Source: Candidatus Izemoplasmatales bacterium (GTDB lineage Bacteria > Bacillota_I > Bacilli_A > Izemoplasmatales > Hujiaoplasmataceae). From it: 64,000 nt of DNA. The notes under the pieces were generated by a model. The model saw nothing but the letters and a program-made list of their open reading frames with translations, was not told where the DNA came from and made no database searches. Made by a program: the position numbers and the translations under genes. The stretch spans positions 352,001 through 416,000 of the forward strand of contig JBMNEZ010000001.1 in the NCBI GenBank assembly GCA_050949045.1, read 5' to 3'. Below, piece by piece: positions 48,756 to 59,170 of this stretch; positions within the stretch are counted from its first letter, which is position 1; every line of letters starts with the position of its first letter.

Positions 48756-49958
48756 TTGTTGAAAAAGATTAATGTAATTGATATTTCTGCAACTCTAATG
48801 ATAGCTTTCATATTTGCTTTTTATGATTATACTGTCTTGGCAGTTATATTTCAGATTGTTTTCATTTCACTTGTAACTATCAAGACAATATATTACAAGA
48901 GAAAATTACCATTATTATATATTAGTTGGTGGATATTATTTATTGTTTGGTGTGCTACTTCGGTTTTATGGGCGAAGCATACTGAAACATTCCTTTCAGT
49001 TTTGATTTCAGTAATTCAAGTTGCTACGATTGGAATCTCCATTGTGTTATATGCAGATAGCGATTTTAAAATTAACCACCTAATTTTTTCAATGGTTGTA
49101 AGTGGCGTATTACTGTGTGTTAGGTTTTTTATTAATGTTCCAATATCCTTATGGGGTGATGAACAGCGTTTGAAGGGATTCATATCATTTTATTCAAATA
49201 CTGGACCGATGATGCTTTCGTTTGTATCAGTTATTCTTTTTAACAAATATCTCCAAAGAAAGAATATATGGTTTATAGGCATTATAACTATTTTTTTCTT
49301 CGTAATGATTCTATATGGAACAAGAAAAGCATTAATAATTTTTTTGTTTGGAATCATTGTTCAAACTCTATTATCAGCAAAGAGATTAGTAAAGACAATA
49401 ACATATACTATATTTATAGTTTTAGGAGTTATATCGCTGTATTATGCTTTATTATCAATTCCGCTTCTTTATGGAGCAATAGGATATCGAATTGAAGGAA
49501 TGATGAACTCTATACAAGGCCAAGTTGGAGATGCATCAACAAAAGCAAGATTGCTATTTATTGATTATGCAAAAAAATTGTTCTTAGAATCGCCTTATAT
49601 TGGTGTTGGACTTGATGGTTTTCGGTACTATAATATTCATGAGATGACATATTCTCATAATAATTATTATGAACTTTTGTGTAACACCGGTATTATTGGA
49701 CTTCTTCTATATTATTGGTTTTATTTCGTGATGATATTAAAGTTATTGCCGTGTGTAAGAAAGAGCAACAACTGCCTATTAGCTTTTACAATTATTACAT
49801 GCTACATAATTATAGACTATTTTAATGTGTCATATTTTGAAGAACTTGCTCATGTCATTATCTCTTTTTCGTATGCGTTGATTCGATTAGAAAAATCTAA
49901 AGTTGTGAATATATCTGAGTTTGGCCAACTTGTTAAAATGAAACCTATATACAATTAA
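48756..49958 (+). CDS. Wzy polymerase / O-antigen ligase-family protein
   Basis: Multi-TM with GTRKA, PYIGVG and YSHNNYYELL..TGIIG. Confidence 0.82.
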   Translation: MLKKINVIDISATLMIAFIFAFYDYTVLAVIFQIVFISLVTIKTIYYKRKLPLLYISWWILFIVWCATSVLWAKHTETFLSVLISVIQVATIGISIVLYADSDFKINHLIFSMVVSGVLLCVRFFINVPISLWGDEQRLKGFISFYSNTGPMMLSFVSVILFNKYLQRKNIWFIGIITIFFFVMILYGTRKALIIFLFGIIVQTLLSAKRLVKTITYTIFIVLGVISLYYALLSIPLLYGAIGYRIEGMMNSIQGQVGDASTKARLLFIDYAKKLFLESPYIGVGLDGFRYYNIHEMTYSHNNYYELLCNTGIIGLLLYYWFYFVMILKLLPCVRKSNNCLLAFTIITCYIIIDYFNVSYFEELAHVIISFSYALIRLEKSKVVNISEFGQLVKMKPIYN

Positions 49959-49991
49959 ATACATATACAAGTCTTGGAAGGAGGGCTATTT

Positions 49992-50927
49992 GTGTTTAAA
50001 AAAATTAAATATTACATCAATAATTTAGGGAAAGCAGTTTGCCTACTTGGTTATCACAAGTTCTTTTTTTGGCTTTCGGATCGAGCATTTATTAAATTGG
50101 TTTGGAGATTAAGATATCATACAAAACTTAATTTATCAGCGCCAACGGGGTATGCTGAAAAAATACAATGGTTGAAATTATATGATCATAACCCGATATA
50201 TCCTGTTCTTGTTGATAAGTTAAGTGTGAGAGACTATATTGCTGATTTGATTGGAAGCAAGTATTTGATCCCTCTTCATTCAGTTTTTGATTCTGTCAAA
50301 TCAATTGATTGGGAGAGTCTACCTAATAAATTTGTGATGAAATGTACTCACGATTCTGGATATGTTTTGGTGTGCAAAGATAAAACAGTTATGAATATTA
50401 AGTTAAAATCAAAGGAGTTAAGTAAGAGATATAGACGCAGTATATATTGGTACGGAAGAGAATGGCAATACAAACATCTTAAACCAAAAATATTAGTTGA
50501 ACAACTGATTGAAAGCAATTCTGAATATGGCTTAATTGATTACAAAGTATTTTGCTTTAACGGAAAAGCTAAGTTAATACAAGTTCATACAGGTAGATTC
50601 ACCAACCACATTCAGCAGTTCTATGATCTGGAATGGAATTTAACGGATATATCACACATTGACATCCCTTCAACAAATGAATATACTGTAGAGAAACCAG
50701 ATTGTTATAACGAAATGATTGAACTGTCCGAAAAGTTATCTCAAGTTACATGTCATGCTCGAATTGACTGGTATTATGCTCAAGGGAAATTGTATTTTAG
50801 TGAATTTACATTTTATGATGGGTCTGGATTTGTCTCTTTTTCTAATCCAGAGCACGACTTGCTCTTAGGAAGTTGGATAGATTTATCGAAAGTGATTAGA
50901 AAGGAGAAAAACATAAAAATAAAATGA
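49992..50927 (+). CDS. TupA-like ATP-grasp amidoligase (intact)
   Basis: EKIQWLKL, VDKLSVR, FVMKCTHDSG, DYKVFCFNG, RIDWY, FSEFTF. Confidence 0.88.
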   Translation: MFKKIKYYINNLGKAVCLLGYHKFFFWLSDRAFIKLVWRLRYHTKLNLSAPTGYAEKIQWLKLYDHNPIYPVLVDKLSVRDYIADLIGSKYLIPLHSVFDSVKSIDWESLPNKFVMKCTHDSGYVLVCKDKTVMNIKLKSKELSKRYRRSIYWYGREWQYKHLKPKILVEQLIESNSEYGLIDYKVFCFNGKAKLIQVHTGRFTNHIQQFYDLEWNLTDISHIDIPSTNEYTVEKPDCYNEMIELSEKLSQVTCHARIDWYYAQGKLYFSEFTFYDGSGFVSFSNPEHDLLLGSWIDLSKVIRKEKNIKIK

Positions 50928-52102
50928 AAAAAATTGGGTTGTGTATTTGTTACAATGTACATAATTATGGAAGTGTCTTGCAGGCGTTAGCAACAGTTAA
51001 AATAATAGAACAACTGGGATACGAGTATGAAATAATTGGATACATAAAAAAAAGGAGTATTTTTTATTATATAAAAAAGGCACCTTTATTATTATCTAAA
51101 ACCTTTTATTATGTATTGAAAAGAAAAATTTCAATAATAAAACAGGCAAGAAAAAGTAACGAATATAAAGCAAACTTAAGATTACGAAAAAAAATATTTA
51201 ATGAATTTTCAAAAGAGCATTTTGTTGAAAATGTAAAAAAGTACATTGGTTATAGCGAATTAAAAAGAGGTTCTTCAAATTATTATGCCATTATTGTTGG
51301 AAGTGATCAACTGTGGAATCCTATGGGTTTTTCCACGAATTTTTATAATCTAATGTTTGTTAAGGATGAAGTGAAAAAAATTTCATATGCTACAAGTTTT
51401 GGAATTTCGCATATTCCAATTTTTTATAGAACAAAAGCACGTAAATTCATATCTAGAATAGATCATCTTAGTGTTAGAGAAATTGAAGCTAAGAACATTA
51501 TTGCTCAACTTGTGCCAAGAAAAAAGGTATTTGTAGCTGCCGACCCAACTCTGTTGTTTAATAGAGAACAATGGGAAGTATTAATTCCGCAAAAAAACGA
51601 AGTTATTGATGAATACATTTTTTGTTATTTTTTAGGAACCTCACTTGAGAGTCGAAATGCGGCAAATGAATTAAGTGATTATTTAGGGCTCAAAATAGTT
51701 ACTATAAAACATGAAGATGAGTATTTTGCTCCGGATGACTCCTTTGGTGATTATTCGCCTAATGGATTGTCGCCGAATGATTTTGTCAATTATATTAGGA
51801 ATGCGAAATACATCTTAACGGATTCATACCATGGGACAATTTTCTCAATCATTAATCATAAGAAGTTTTTGACATTTTATCGTTTTAAACAAAACGACAA
51901 AAACTCCCGAAATTCAAGAATAGATAGTTTGCTAAATATTCTTGGGTTGCAAAACAGATTGTTTACACAAGAAAGTAATGTTAGAACAATAATGGAAGAA
52001 ATAAATTATGATGAAATTGATAAAAGAGTCAACGTTTTTAGAAATGAATCCATAGATTTTCTTAAAGATGCTTTAGAAAATTGTGAGAAAGATCATGATT
52101 GA
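50924..52102 (+). CDS. Polysaccharide pyruvyl transferase-family protein
   Basis: NYGSVLQA, VGSDQLWN, SYATSFG, SVRE, DPTLL, TDSYHG. Confidence 0.88.
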   Translation: MKKIGLCICYNVHNYGSVLQALATVKIIEQLGYEYEIIGYIKKRSIFYYIKKAPLLLSKTFYYVLKRKISIIKQARKSNEYKANLRLRKKIFNEFSKEHFVENVKKYIGYSELKRGSSNYYAIIVGSDQLWNPMGFSTNFYNLMFVKDEVKKISYATSFGISHIPIFYRTKARKFISRIDHLSVREIEAKNIIAQLVPRKKVFVAADPTLLFNREQWEVLIPQKNEVIDEYIFCYFLGTSLESRNAANELSDYLGLKIVTIKHEDEYFAPDDSFGDYSPNGLSPNDFVNYIRNAKYILTDSYHGTIFSIINHKKFLTFYRFKQNDKNSRNSRIDSLLNILGLQNRLFTQESNVRTIMEEINYDEIDKRVNVFRNESIDFLKDALENCEKDHD

Positions 52103-53285
52103 TAAAGTCGTTTCTAGATCTGAATGTACTGGCTGTACAGCTTGTTTCAATAATTGTCCCAAGAATTGTATTTCAATGATTGAAGATAAAGAAGGGTTCT
52201 TGAACCCCAAAATCAACTATGATGAATGCATTAGGTGTGGAAAATGTGTCAAAGTGTGCCCAGTTGTAAATTATGAGTTGGATAATAATGAAGACACTAA
52301 AGTGTTTGGCGTTCAAAACAAATCCATACATGAGAGAATGATTAGTTCTTCAGGAGGTTTTTTTTCAGTATTAGCAAATGAGGTTCTTAAAAAAAATGGA
52401 ATTGTAATTGGAGCTGGGTTTGATAATCATTTTCGGGTCTATCACAAAATTGTATCTAGTTTTGAAGAATGGAACTTAACTGATTTACGAGGTTCAAAAT
52501 ATGTTCAGAGTGATTTGGGGATAGTATTTCGGTTGGCAAAGGAAGCACTGCTTAATGACCGCTATGTATTATTTGTTGGAACTCCATGTCAAGTTGCGGG
52601 AATATCAAACTATATGATTAAAAAATATGATAAACTCATACTTGTTGATTTAGCCTGTTATGGGGTGCCTTCTCCAAAAGTATTTAAAAAATATATAAGT
52701 TATTGTGAAGAAAAATACAAATCTAAAATTTACAAAGTTGACTTTCGTGACAAGACATATGGCTACTCTTCACCCAATTTAAAATTGTATTTCTTAAACG
52801 GTAAAATAAAACAACAGAATTACACAGTGAAATCTTATCAACGAGCTTTTTTCAATGGGATTAGCATTCGCTCCTCTTGTTATAACTGTAAATTTAAATC
52901 TGTTCAAAGACTTTCCGATTTCACTTTGGCTGATTGTTGGAGTATTGGGAAATTTTATAAAGAAATGGATGATAATATTGGAACTACGGCTGTATATGTT
53001 CATTCAAAAAAAGGATTAAGCATACTAGAACAATTGGAACATGCTTGTTTGTTTCAGAAATTGAATGTTGAAGAATGCATATCAACGGATGGAATCAAGA
53101 TGATATCTTGTGCAAAAGCCCATCCAAATCGAACTAAATTTTTCGATGATATTGATAAATTATCGTACAAAAAAATTATGAAAAAATATTTGCCACAATC
53201 GTTAAAAAGCAGACTTGGAAGTGTTATCAAATATATTTTATTAAAATTAAAATTACAAAAAATCTTCAGATTTTTTGTGAAATAA
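52095..53285 (+). CDS. Fe-S protein with F420 hydrogenase/dehydrogenase beta-subunit-like (FrhB) domain
   Basis: Two CxxCxxCxxxCP motifs, SSSGG, RGSKYVQS, GTPCQ, CYGVPSP, SCYNC. Confidence 0.85.
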   Translation: MIDKVVSRSECTGCTACFNNCPKNCISMIEDKEGFLNPKINYDECIRCGKCVKVCPVVNYELDNNEDTKVFGVQNKSIHERMISSSGGFFSVLANEVLKKNGIVIGAGFDNHFRVYHKIVSSFEEWNLTDLRGSKYVQSDLGIVFRLAKEALLNDRYVLFVGTPCQVAGISNYMIKKYDKLILVDLACYGVPSPKVFKKYISYCEEKYKSKIYKVDFRDKTYGYSSPNLKLYFLNGKIKQQNYTVKSYQRAFFNGISIRSSCYNCKFKSVQRLSDFTLADCWSIGKFYKEMDDNIGTTAVYVHSKKGLSILEQLEHACLFQKLNVEECISTDGIKMISCAKAHPNRTKFFDDIDKLSYKKIMKKYLPQSLKSRLGSVIKYILLKLKLQKIFRFFVK

Positions 53286-53304
53286 TTGCAATGAGGATAT
53301 TCTG

Positions 53305-54759
53305 TTGAAAAAGAACAACATTGTAGTTAATTACTTATATAATGTTTCATATCAAATATTAATAATGATATTGCCTCTAGTTACTGCTCCCTATATAGCA
53401 CGTGTAATTGGCTCTGAAGGAATAGGAATTCATACCTTTTATCGATCAATTGCTTCGTATTTTGTGCTTTTTGCAATGCTTGGGATGAACAATTATGGGA
53501 ACCGAACTATTGCTTCAATAAGAGATGACACTGAAAAAAGAAACAAGATGTTTTCAAGCATGTTTTCTTTTCAACTTATCATGTCTTTAGTTGCGACTGT
53601 TGGGTATTTTATTTTTGTACAATTTGTTGCTGAATCGAACTATTTTATCGCAATGTTATTCATTATTTACGTTCTCTCAGCAGCTTTAGATATCAATTGG
53701 TTCTTTTTTGGTCTTGAAGAATTCAAGATGGTTGTCAACAGAAAAATAATGTTCAAGATAATTTCTGTTGCATGTATTTTTCTTCTTGTTAAAACGCCAG
53801 AAGATTTGTGGATATACTCATTAATCATGTGTTTGGAGCTATTCTTCGGGCAAGCAATTATGTGGATTTTTCTTCGAAAACACGTTTCTTTTGTTAAACC
53901 AACAATTAAGGAAATATTTTCTCATTTTAGATATACAATTATTTTGTTTGTTCCTTCAATAGTGACTTTTTTGTATAGGGAACTATCAAAAATATTACTG
54001 GGTTTTTTGGGAACTATGGAAGATGTCGGTCTTTTTGAGTATTCAGAAAAAGTTATTATGATGTGTTTAGGATTAATATCTGCTTTGGGGACAGTTATGT
54101 TGCCTAAGATGGCATATAGTAAGGCTCAAAACGATTATGTTACCATGAAAAAATATATAATTGACTCAATGCAATTTGCAATGATATTGGCATTTGCAAT
54201 CGCTTTTGGATATGCTGCAATTGCTCCTGAGTTTTCGGTTGTATTCTTTGGAGATGATTTTTCGTCCAGCAGTATATTAATGATAGGACTGTCCATTTCT
54301 GTTCCATTTATTGCTTGGGCAAACGTCATTAGGATGCAATATTTGATTCCGAACGCTTTAGATTCGGTTTATTTGAAATCAACAATTGTGGGTGTGATAA
54401 TTAACATATCTTTAAATTTTATACTAATCCCAAAAATGGGCGCACTTGGAGCGGTAATTGCAGCAGTAACAACAGAAATATCAGTTGCACTGACTCAAAC
54501 TCTTTTGATTAAACATTCGCTTGATATCAAACAATATGTTCTTAACGCTGTTCCATATGCAGTAATTGGGATCGTAATGTATTTTTGTGTGAGATTAATT
54601 GCATCGATTTTTGGAAGCACAATCAAAGGCTTAATATTAGAACTGGTTGTTGGTGGTTTTGTCTACCTATCATTATGTATTCTATATTTCATTATTTCAA
54701 AGAATGATTTGGCAAAAAGATTTTATGATTTGATTAAATCAAAATTGTTTTCAAAATAG
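53305..54759 (+). CDS. Wzx-type flippase
   Basis: NYLYNVSYQIL...LPLVTAPYIARVIG, WFFFGLEEF, GTVMLPK. Confidence 0.9.
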   Translation: MKKNNIVVNYLYNVSYQILIMILPLVTAPYIARVIGSEGIGIHTFYRSIASYFVLFAMLGMNNYGNRTIASIRDDTEKRNKMFSSMFSFQLIMSLVATVGYFIFVQFVAESNYFIAMLFIIYVLSAALDINWFFFGLEEFKMVVNRKIMFKIISVACIFLLVKTPEDLWIYSLIMCLELFFGQAIMWIFLRKHVSFVKPTIKEIFSHFRYTIILFVPSIVTFLYRELSKILLGFLGTMEDVGLFEYSEKVIMMCLGLISALGTVMLPKMAYSKAQNDYVTMKKYIIDSMQFAMILAFAIAFGYAAIAPEFSVVFFGDDFSSSSILMIGLSISVPFIAWANVIRMQYLIPNALDSVYLKSTIVGVIINISLNFILIPKMGALGAVIAAVTTEISVALTQTLLIKHSLDIKQYVLNAVPYAVIGIVMYFCVRLIASIFGSTIKGLILELVVGGFVYLSLCILYFIISKNDLAKRFYDLIKSKLFSK

Positions 54760-54792
54760 GCTTCTATTGAATTTTGTTAATTTATTATAAAT

Positions 54793-54820
54793 TTGACACT
54801 GATTGACTTAGAACTACAAT
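54793..54820 (+). promoter_or_regulatory. Internal promoter for the terminal epimerase gene
   Basis: TTGACA-16 bp-TACAAT. Confidence 0.5.
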
Positions 54821-54852
54821 ATTGATAATTTTATTTCGAAAGGAATCAATAG

Positions 54853-55833
54853 ATGAATAATATACTTATAACCGGTGGATCGGGGTTTATTGGAAGCAAT
54901 TTGATTGATAGAATGTTATCATTGAATAAGAGGATCATTAATATTGATAACATGAATAATTATTATAATGTACACCAAAAGGAAATTAATATTTCCTCCC
55001 ATTATAATTATTCTACGTATCAAATGTTTCCTATAGATATACTTAATAAGGAATCTTTATTAGAAGTGTTTATTAAACATAGAGTTGATATAATTATCCA
55101 TTTGGCCGCCATGGCTGGTGTTAGACCATCAATTGAGGATCCGATTTTGTATCAAAATGTTAATTGTTTAGGCACTCTAAATATCCTTGAGATGGCAAAG
55201 AAATTTGGGATTAAAAAGATTATTCTTGCTTCTTCATCTAGTGTATATGGAAACAACAAAAAAGTTCCGTTTTCGGAATCAGATGTAGTTGATTATGCTA
55301 TTAGCCCATATGCCGCTACAAAAAAAGCAAATGAAGTTATGGGGCATGTTTATCACAAACTATATGGAATTGATATGATATTCTTAAGATTTTTTACAGT
55401 ATATGGGCCAAGACAAAGACCAGATTTGGCTATCCATAAATTCACAAAAATGATATTAGAAAGAACCTCAATACCATTTTACGGTGATGGGTCTTCGGCT
55501 AGAGATTATACATATATAGATGATATAGTTGATGGAATTATTATGGCGATAGAATACTTGAAATGTCATGATAACATATATGAAATAATTAACCTCGGTA
55601 ATTCGTCTCCGGTTTCGTTATCGACAATGGTAAAGACTATTGAAGATGCTTTAGGTATCAAGGCAATTATTGACAAGCAACCGATGCAACCTGGAGATGT
55701 AGACATAACATATGCCGACATATCAAAAGCAAAAAGCTATCTTGGTTATAATCCTACAACTGAGTTTTCTGAAGGAATAAATAGATTTGTCAAATGGTAT
55801 TACGATAATTTGTATCGGAAAGATAACATATAG
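54853..55833 (+). CDS. UDP-glucuronate 4-epimerase-like SDR
   Basis: HLAAMAGVRPS, SPYAATKK, RFFTVYGPRQRPD, MQPGDV..TYAD. Confidence 0.88.
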   Translation: MNNILITGGSGFIGSNLIDRMLSLNKRIINIDNMNNYYNVHQKEINISSHYNYSTYQMFPIDILNKESLLEVFIKHRVDIIIHLAAMAGVRPSIEDPILYQNVNCLGTLNILEMAKKFGIKKIILASSSSVYGNNKKVPFSESDVVDYAISPYAATKKANEVMGHVYHKLYGIDMIFLRFFTVYGPRQRPDLAIHKFTKMILERTSIPFYGDGSSARDYTYIDDIVDGIIMAIEYLKCHDNIYEIINLGNSSPVSLSTMVKTIEDALGIKAIIDKQPMQPGDVDITYADISKAKSYLGYNPTTEFSEGINRFVKWYYDNLYRKDNI

Positions 55834-55938
55834 ACCTTAAAGTTGTAAGTACTAAATATATAAAGTTGTCATATAGTATTTTCCATTTAACTACGAAAAC
55901 AAACTTTAATAATTACCAATGCTCATTTTTTTGGAGAG

Positions 55939-56925
55939 TTATGGAACTGATGATCGAATAATCAATTCTGCGTTTATCTTTATTTGTTGCGGTTTTCCGC
56001 TGGTTGATAAGGCGTTCATCATCAATGAGAAAGCTTTCTTTGCATACTGATCTTTTTTAGGCCCAGCAGAGGTAAGTTTTGGAATCAAGTTTTCACACAA
56101 CTCGGTATTGTCAAAGCCAATAACCGATACATCATCCGGCACTCTCAAGGCTTTGGTTGCTAGGGCTGTATATAACCATCTGGCTGCCGCATCACAGTGA
56201 CAGACAAAAGCAGTTGGGTATTCTTTAAGATCTAGTTCAATGATGTCACTGCTTTTTTCGATATTGACATTGATATGCCACATCGGATTTTGAGTTATTT
56301 TATTCTCAGTCAAAGCTTTGAGATAGCCAAAATACCGATCTGCGATTGCCGATGTAGAATGGATGTTACCAACAAAGCCAATCTTGGAATGCCCCTTGTT
56401 GATTAAGTAATTGGTGACAATGTAGGATAAATGATAGTTGTCTTGATAGACATAATTGCATTCAAATAATGGGGAATAATAGTCGATGTAGACGGTCGGG
56501 ATACTGATCTTCTGCATATATTCGATAATCTCATTCTTTACTTCCCCCGCAAAGAAGATCCCGTCCGGCCGATATGAAGATATCGCTTTTTTTATTTTGT
56601 CGATTGTGTTTTCTGGTTCCAAGTAAGCTATTTGAAGCAGATTGTTGGTCTTGTTGCACTCGGCACTCAGAAAGTAGAAGATCGTCGAATAGTACTGCTC
56701 GGACAAAGACAAGAAGAATTCCTGATTGACAAAAAAGAGGAATTTCCGGTTCTTGACTTCTTTGGCGATGACTTGGGTTCGATACCCAACGGCCATGGCG
56801 TATTCCTGGATTCTTTTCCTAAGGCTATCGCTGACGCCCTTTTGATTGTTCAAGGCTTTGAAGACTGCTACTTTACTGACGGAAAGGGCGTCGGCGATTG
56901 TCTGGAGCGTCACTTTCTTTTTCAC
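55939..56925 (-). CDS. LacI family transcriptional regulator
   Basis: N-terminal HTH (VTLQTIADALSVSKVAVFKALN..KGVS), GHSKIGF, VPDDVSVIGFD. Confidence 0.93.
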   Translation of the reverse strand: MKKKVTLQTIADALSVSKVAVFKALNNQKGVSDSLRKRIQEYAMAVGYRTQVIAKEVKNRKFLFFVNQEFFLSLSEQYYSTIFYFLSAECNKTNNLLQIAYLEPENTIDKIKKAISSYRPDGIFFAGEVKNEIIEYMQKISIPTVYIDYYSPLFECNYVYQDNYHLSYIVTNYLINKGHSKIGFVGNIHSTSAIADRYFGYLKALTENKITQNPMWHINVNIEKSSDIIELDLKEYPTAFVCHCDAAARWLYTALATKALRVPDDVSVIGFDNTELCENLIPKLTSAGPKKDQYAKKAFSLMMNALSTSGKPQQIKINAELIIRSSVP

Positions 56926-57060
56926 TAGAGCACCCCGCTTCTATGATGAAATTATCATAAAATTAACCAGCGGTCAAGGGTAAAATTAAATTTTAATCTA
57001 ACTATTCAATTCTGTTAACTAAAATTAATCTATTTACCTGTAAAAATAGTGTTGATGATG

Positions 57061-57094
57061 CTGAAAAAACGTTTTCATTGTGTTAGCATATAAT
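57061..57094 (+). promoter_or_regulatory. Promoter of the sugar operon overlapped by a LacI/cre-like operator
   Basis: CTGAAA-17 bp-TAGCAT with TG extension. Palindrome AAAACGTTTT at 57066-75. Confidence 0.55.
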
Positions 57095-57106
57095 TGAGGT
57101 AAGAAG

Positions 57107-59170
57107 ATGAAGAAGATTACCGTTTTGTTATTGCTCGGGCTCATTGCTTTCCTTGGTGGCTGTCAAACTGAAACCGAAAAAATGCAAACGACAACGACGC
57201 CGACGACCTCGGCTGTTTCAACGATCGTTGCGGACTCAGAAGCCATCCGCTTGATCCGGGGAAACAAAGCGGTGGAAAAAACGATCCGCAAGGTTGGAAT
57301 GTATCCCGATATCAGTAGTAGTTTCACTTTTTTTGATTATCTTGAGAAAGCAAGATCGCTTGACCAGTTGGCATTTGGTTTTGCGAACAACAATAATGTC
57401 TCGATCCCCTATTATGCCAAAGATGATTCCAGCACTTGGAGCCAGATGGGCTATTGGATCGACCAGTCAAGGAAGCCTTCCAACTACAATCCCCTAATCC
57501 ATGGATATCTCGAAAGAACGTTCGCGATGCCCACCTACCTCGGCGATTCCCGAGTCTTCAGTTCCGGGTCGGAACCGATCACGATCATCTCGATGATCCT
57601 AGGGGCGTCCTATGCCCATATCGATAAGCAGAACCAAGTCATTGGCGACAACACCTATGACTTTGTCAAGATGGCGATGTCGGGCTACGACACCGGCAGC
57701 GGGCTTGTCAAGAACATCGGTGCCCAGGGCCAAAGCTTCTGGTATGACATCTTCCCCCAGATCATGTTCGCCAGGCTCTACGATCTCTATCCCGAAACGG
57801 AGTATATGAAAGAAATGGTTCTAAACGGAGCCGATCAATGGCTCGAGGCCCTGCCTTACTTTGAAACAGACGGCATGGTCAACTATGAGTTTGTCGGCTT
57901 CAATGTCGTCTTTGAGTCGCCAACCACTGTTGGCGATCACATCGAACCGCCAAACGGCGGTCTTGCCTTTTTGTTCTATTCGGCATATCAACTGACAGGG
58001 GACGAGAAGTATCTCGATGGGGCTAAAGAAGTCCTCGACTATTTCCAGGACTATCAGAAGAACCCCAGCTATGAGGCGATGACCGATTATGCCCCCTTGG
58101 TGGCCGCTTGTCTCAACTATCAATATGGCACCGCCTACGACACTGGCAAGTTTCTCGATTTCCTCTTTGAGGAGGATTCCGCCTTCCGTCCCGGCTGGAC
58201 CGTCATGGCCGGAACTTTCGGCGATCTGTCCGTTGACGGCCTGGTCGGCCAACAAGGCGATTATGCCTTTTCGATGAATACCTTCCACCTAGCATCGACG
58301 CTCGCACCGATGGTCAAATACGATCCCCGGTATGCCAACGCGGTTGGGAAATATCTTCTCCATGTCGCGCGCAACGCCAAAGTCTTCTTCCCGACCGCCT
58401 TGCCCTTATCCAGGCAATCGATGACCGAGTATCTCGCCTATGATCTATATGGAAGCATCGCCTATGAAGGATTCAAGAACGAAGCAGGCGGCATCGCCAC
58501 CGGCGATGCCACCAGGCTGTTCTCGCAGCCTTCTGATCTTAGCCTTTACAGCTCCGCGTTTATCGGGGCTTTCGGAGGAATGATCGCTGAGACCAACATC
58601 TCAGGCGTTCTCAAGGTCGATTTAAACAATACCGATAGTTACGGCCTGAACCAATATCCCCACTACCTCCTCTATAACCCACATATGGATAGTGTGATCG
58701 TTCGCTTTAGGGGACCAGAAACGGCATATGATGTCTTTGACAAGGCCTCAAACACCATTCTCGCCAAAAACGTGAGCGGCACCATCAATCTTAAAATTGA
58801 AGGCAACAGTTCCCTGGTAGTGGTTGTACTTCCCGCTAACAGCAGTTATCAAGCGGTTAAAAACGAGATTTTTGTCGGCGATTACAAGCTCTCCGAATAC
58901 ATGGCTTCTGTCAATCTTCCCTCGCTATTTTCCCGCCAGGAACTAACTGAGGCAAGCACGATAGCGATCAGTTACGATGCGCCGCTTGGTGACGAAGTAA
59001 CATCAATGAAGATCTATTTCGGGGATATCCTCGCCTACGATGGCGAACCGATCACCGAATTTAATTACAACAAGAGCATCTTGCCTGATACCGATTATGA
59101 AATCAGAGTTGAAATCGCCACCAGGAACGGACTCAGTGATTATGTTACGAAAAGGGTGGTCTGCCGTTAA
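57107..59170 (+). CDS. Uncharacterised large lipoprotein, candidate carbohydrate-active enzyme
   Basis: Lipobox FLGGC, Thr-rich linker and an aromatic-rich helical core (YSAYQLTGDEKYLDGAKEVL). First gene of the sugar operon. Confidence 0.65.
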   Translation: MKKITVLLLLGLIAFLGGCQTETEKMQTTTTPTTSAVSTIVADSEAIRLIRGNKAVEKTIRKVGMYPDISSSFTFFDYLEKARSLDQLAFGFANNNNVSIPYYAKDDSSTWSQMGYWIDQSRKPSNYNPLIHGYLERTFAMPTYLGDSRVFSSGSEPITIISMILGASYAHIDKQNQVIGDNTYDFVKMAMSGYDTGSGLVKNIGAQGQSFWYDIFPQIMFARLYDLYPETEYMKEMVLNGADQWLEALPYFETDGMVNYEFVGFNVVFESPTTVGDHIEPPNGGLAFLFYSAYQLTGDEKYLDGAKEVLDYFQDYQKNPSYEAMTDYAPLVAACLNYQYGTAYDTGKFLDFLFEEDSAFRPGWTVMAGTFGDLSVDGLVGQQGDYAFSMNTFHLASTLAPMVKYDPRYANAVGKYLLHVARNAKVFFPTALPLSRQSMTEYLAYDLYGSIAYEGFKNEAGGIATGDATRLFSQPSDLSLYSSAFIGAFGGMIAETNISGVLKVDLNNTDSYGLNQYPHYLLYNPHMDSVIVRFRGPETAYDVFDKASNTILAKNVSGTINLKIEGNSSLVVVVLPANSSYQAVKNEIFVGDYKLSEYMASVNLPSLFSRQELTEASTIAISYDAPLGDEVTSMKIYFGDILAYDGEPITEFNYNKSILPDTDYEIRVEIATRNGLSDYVTKRVVCR

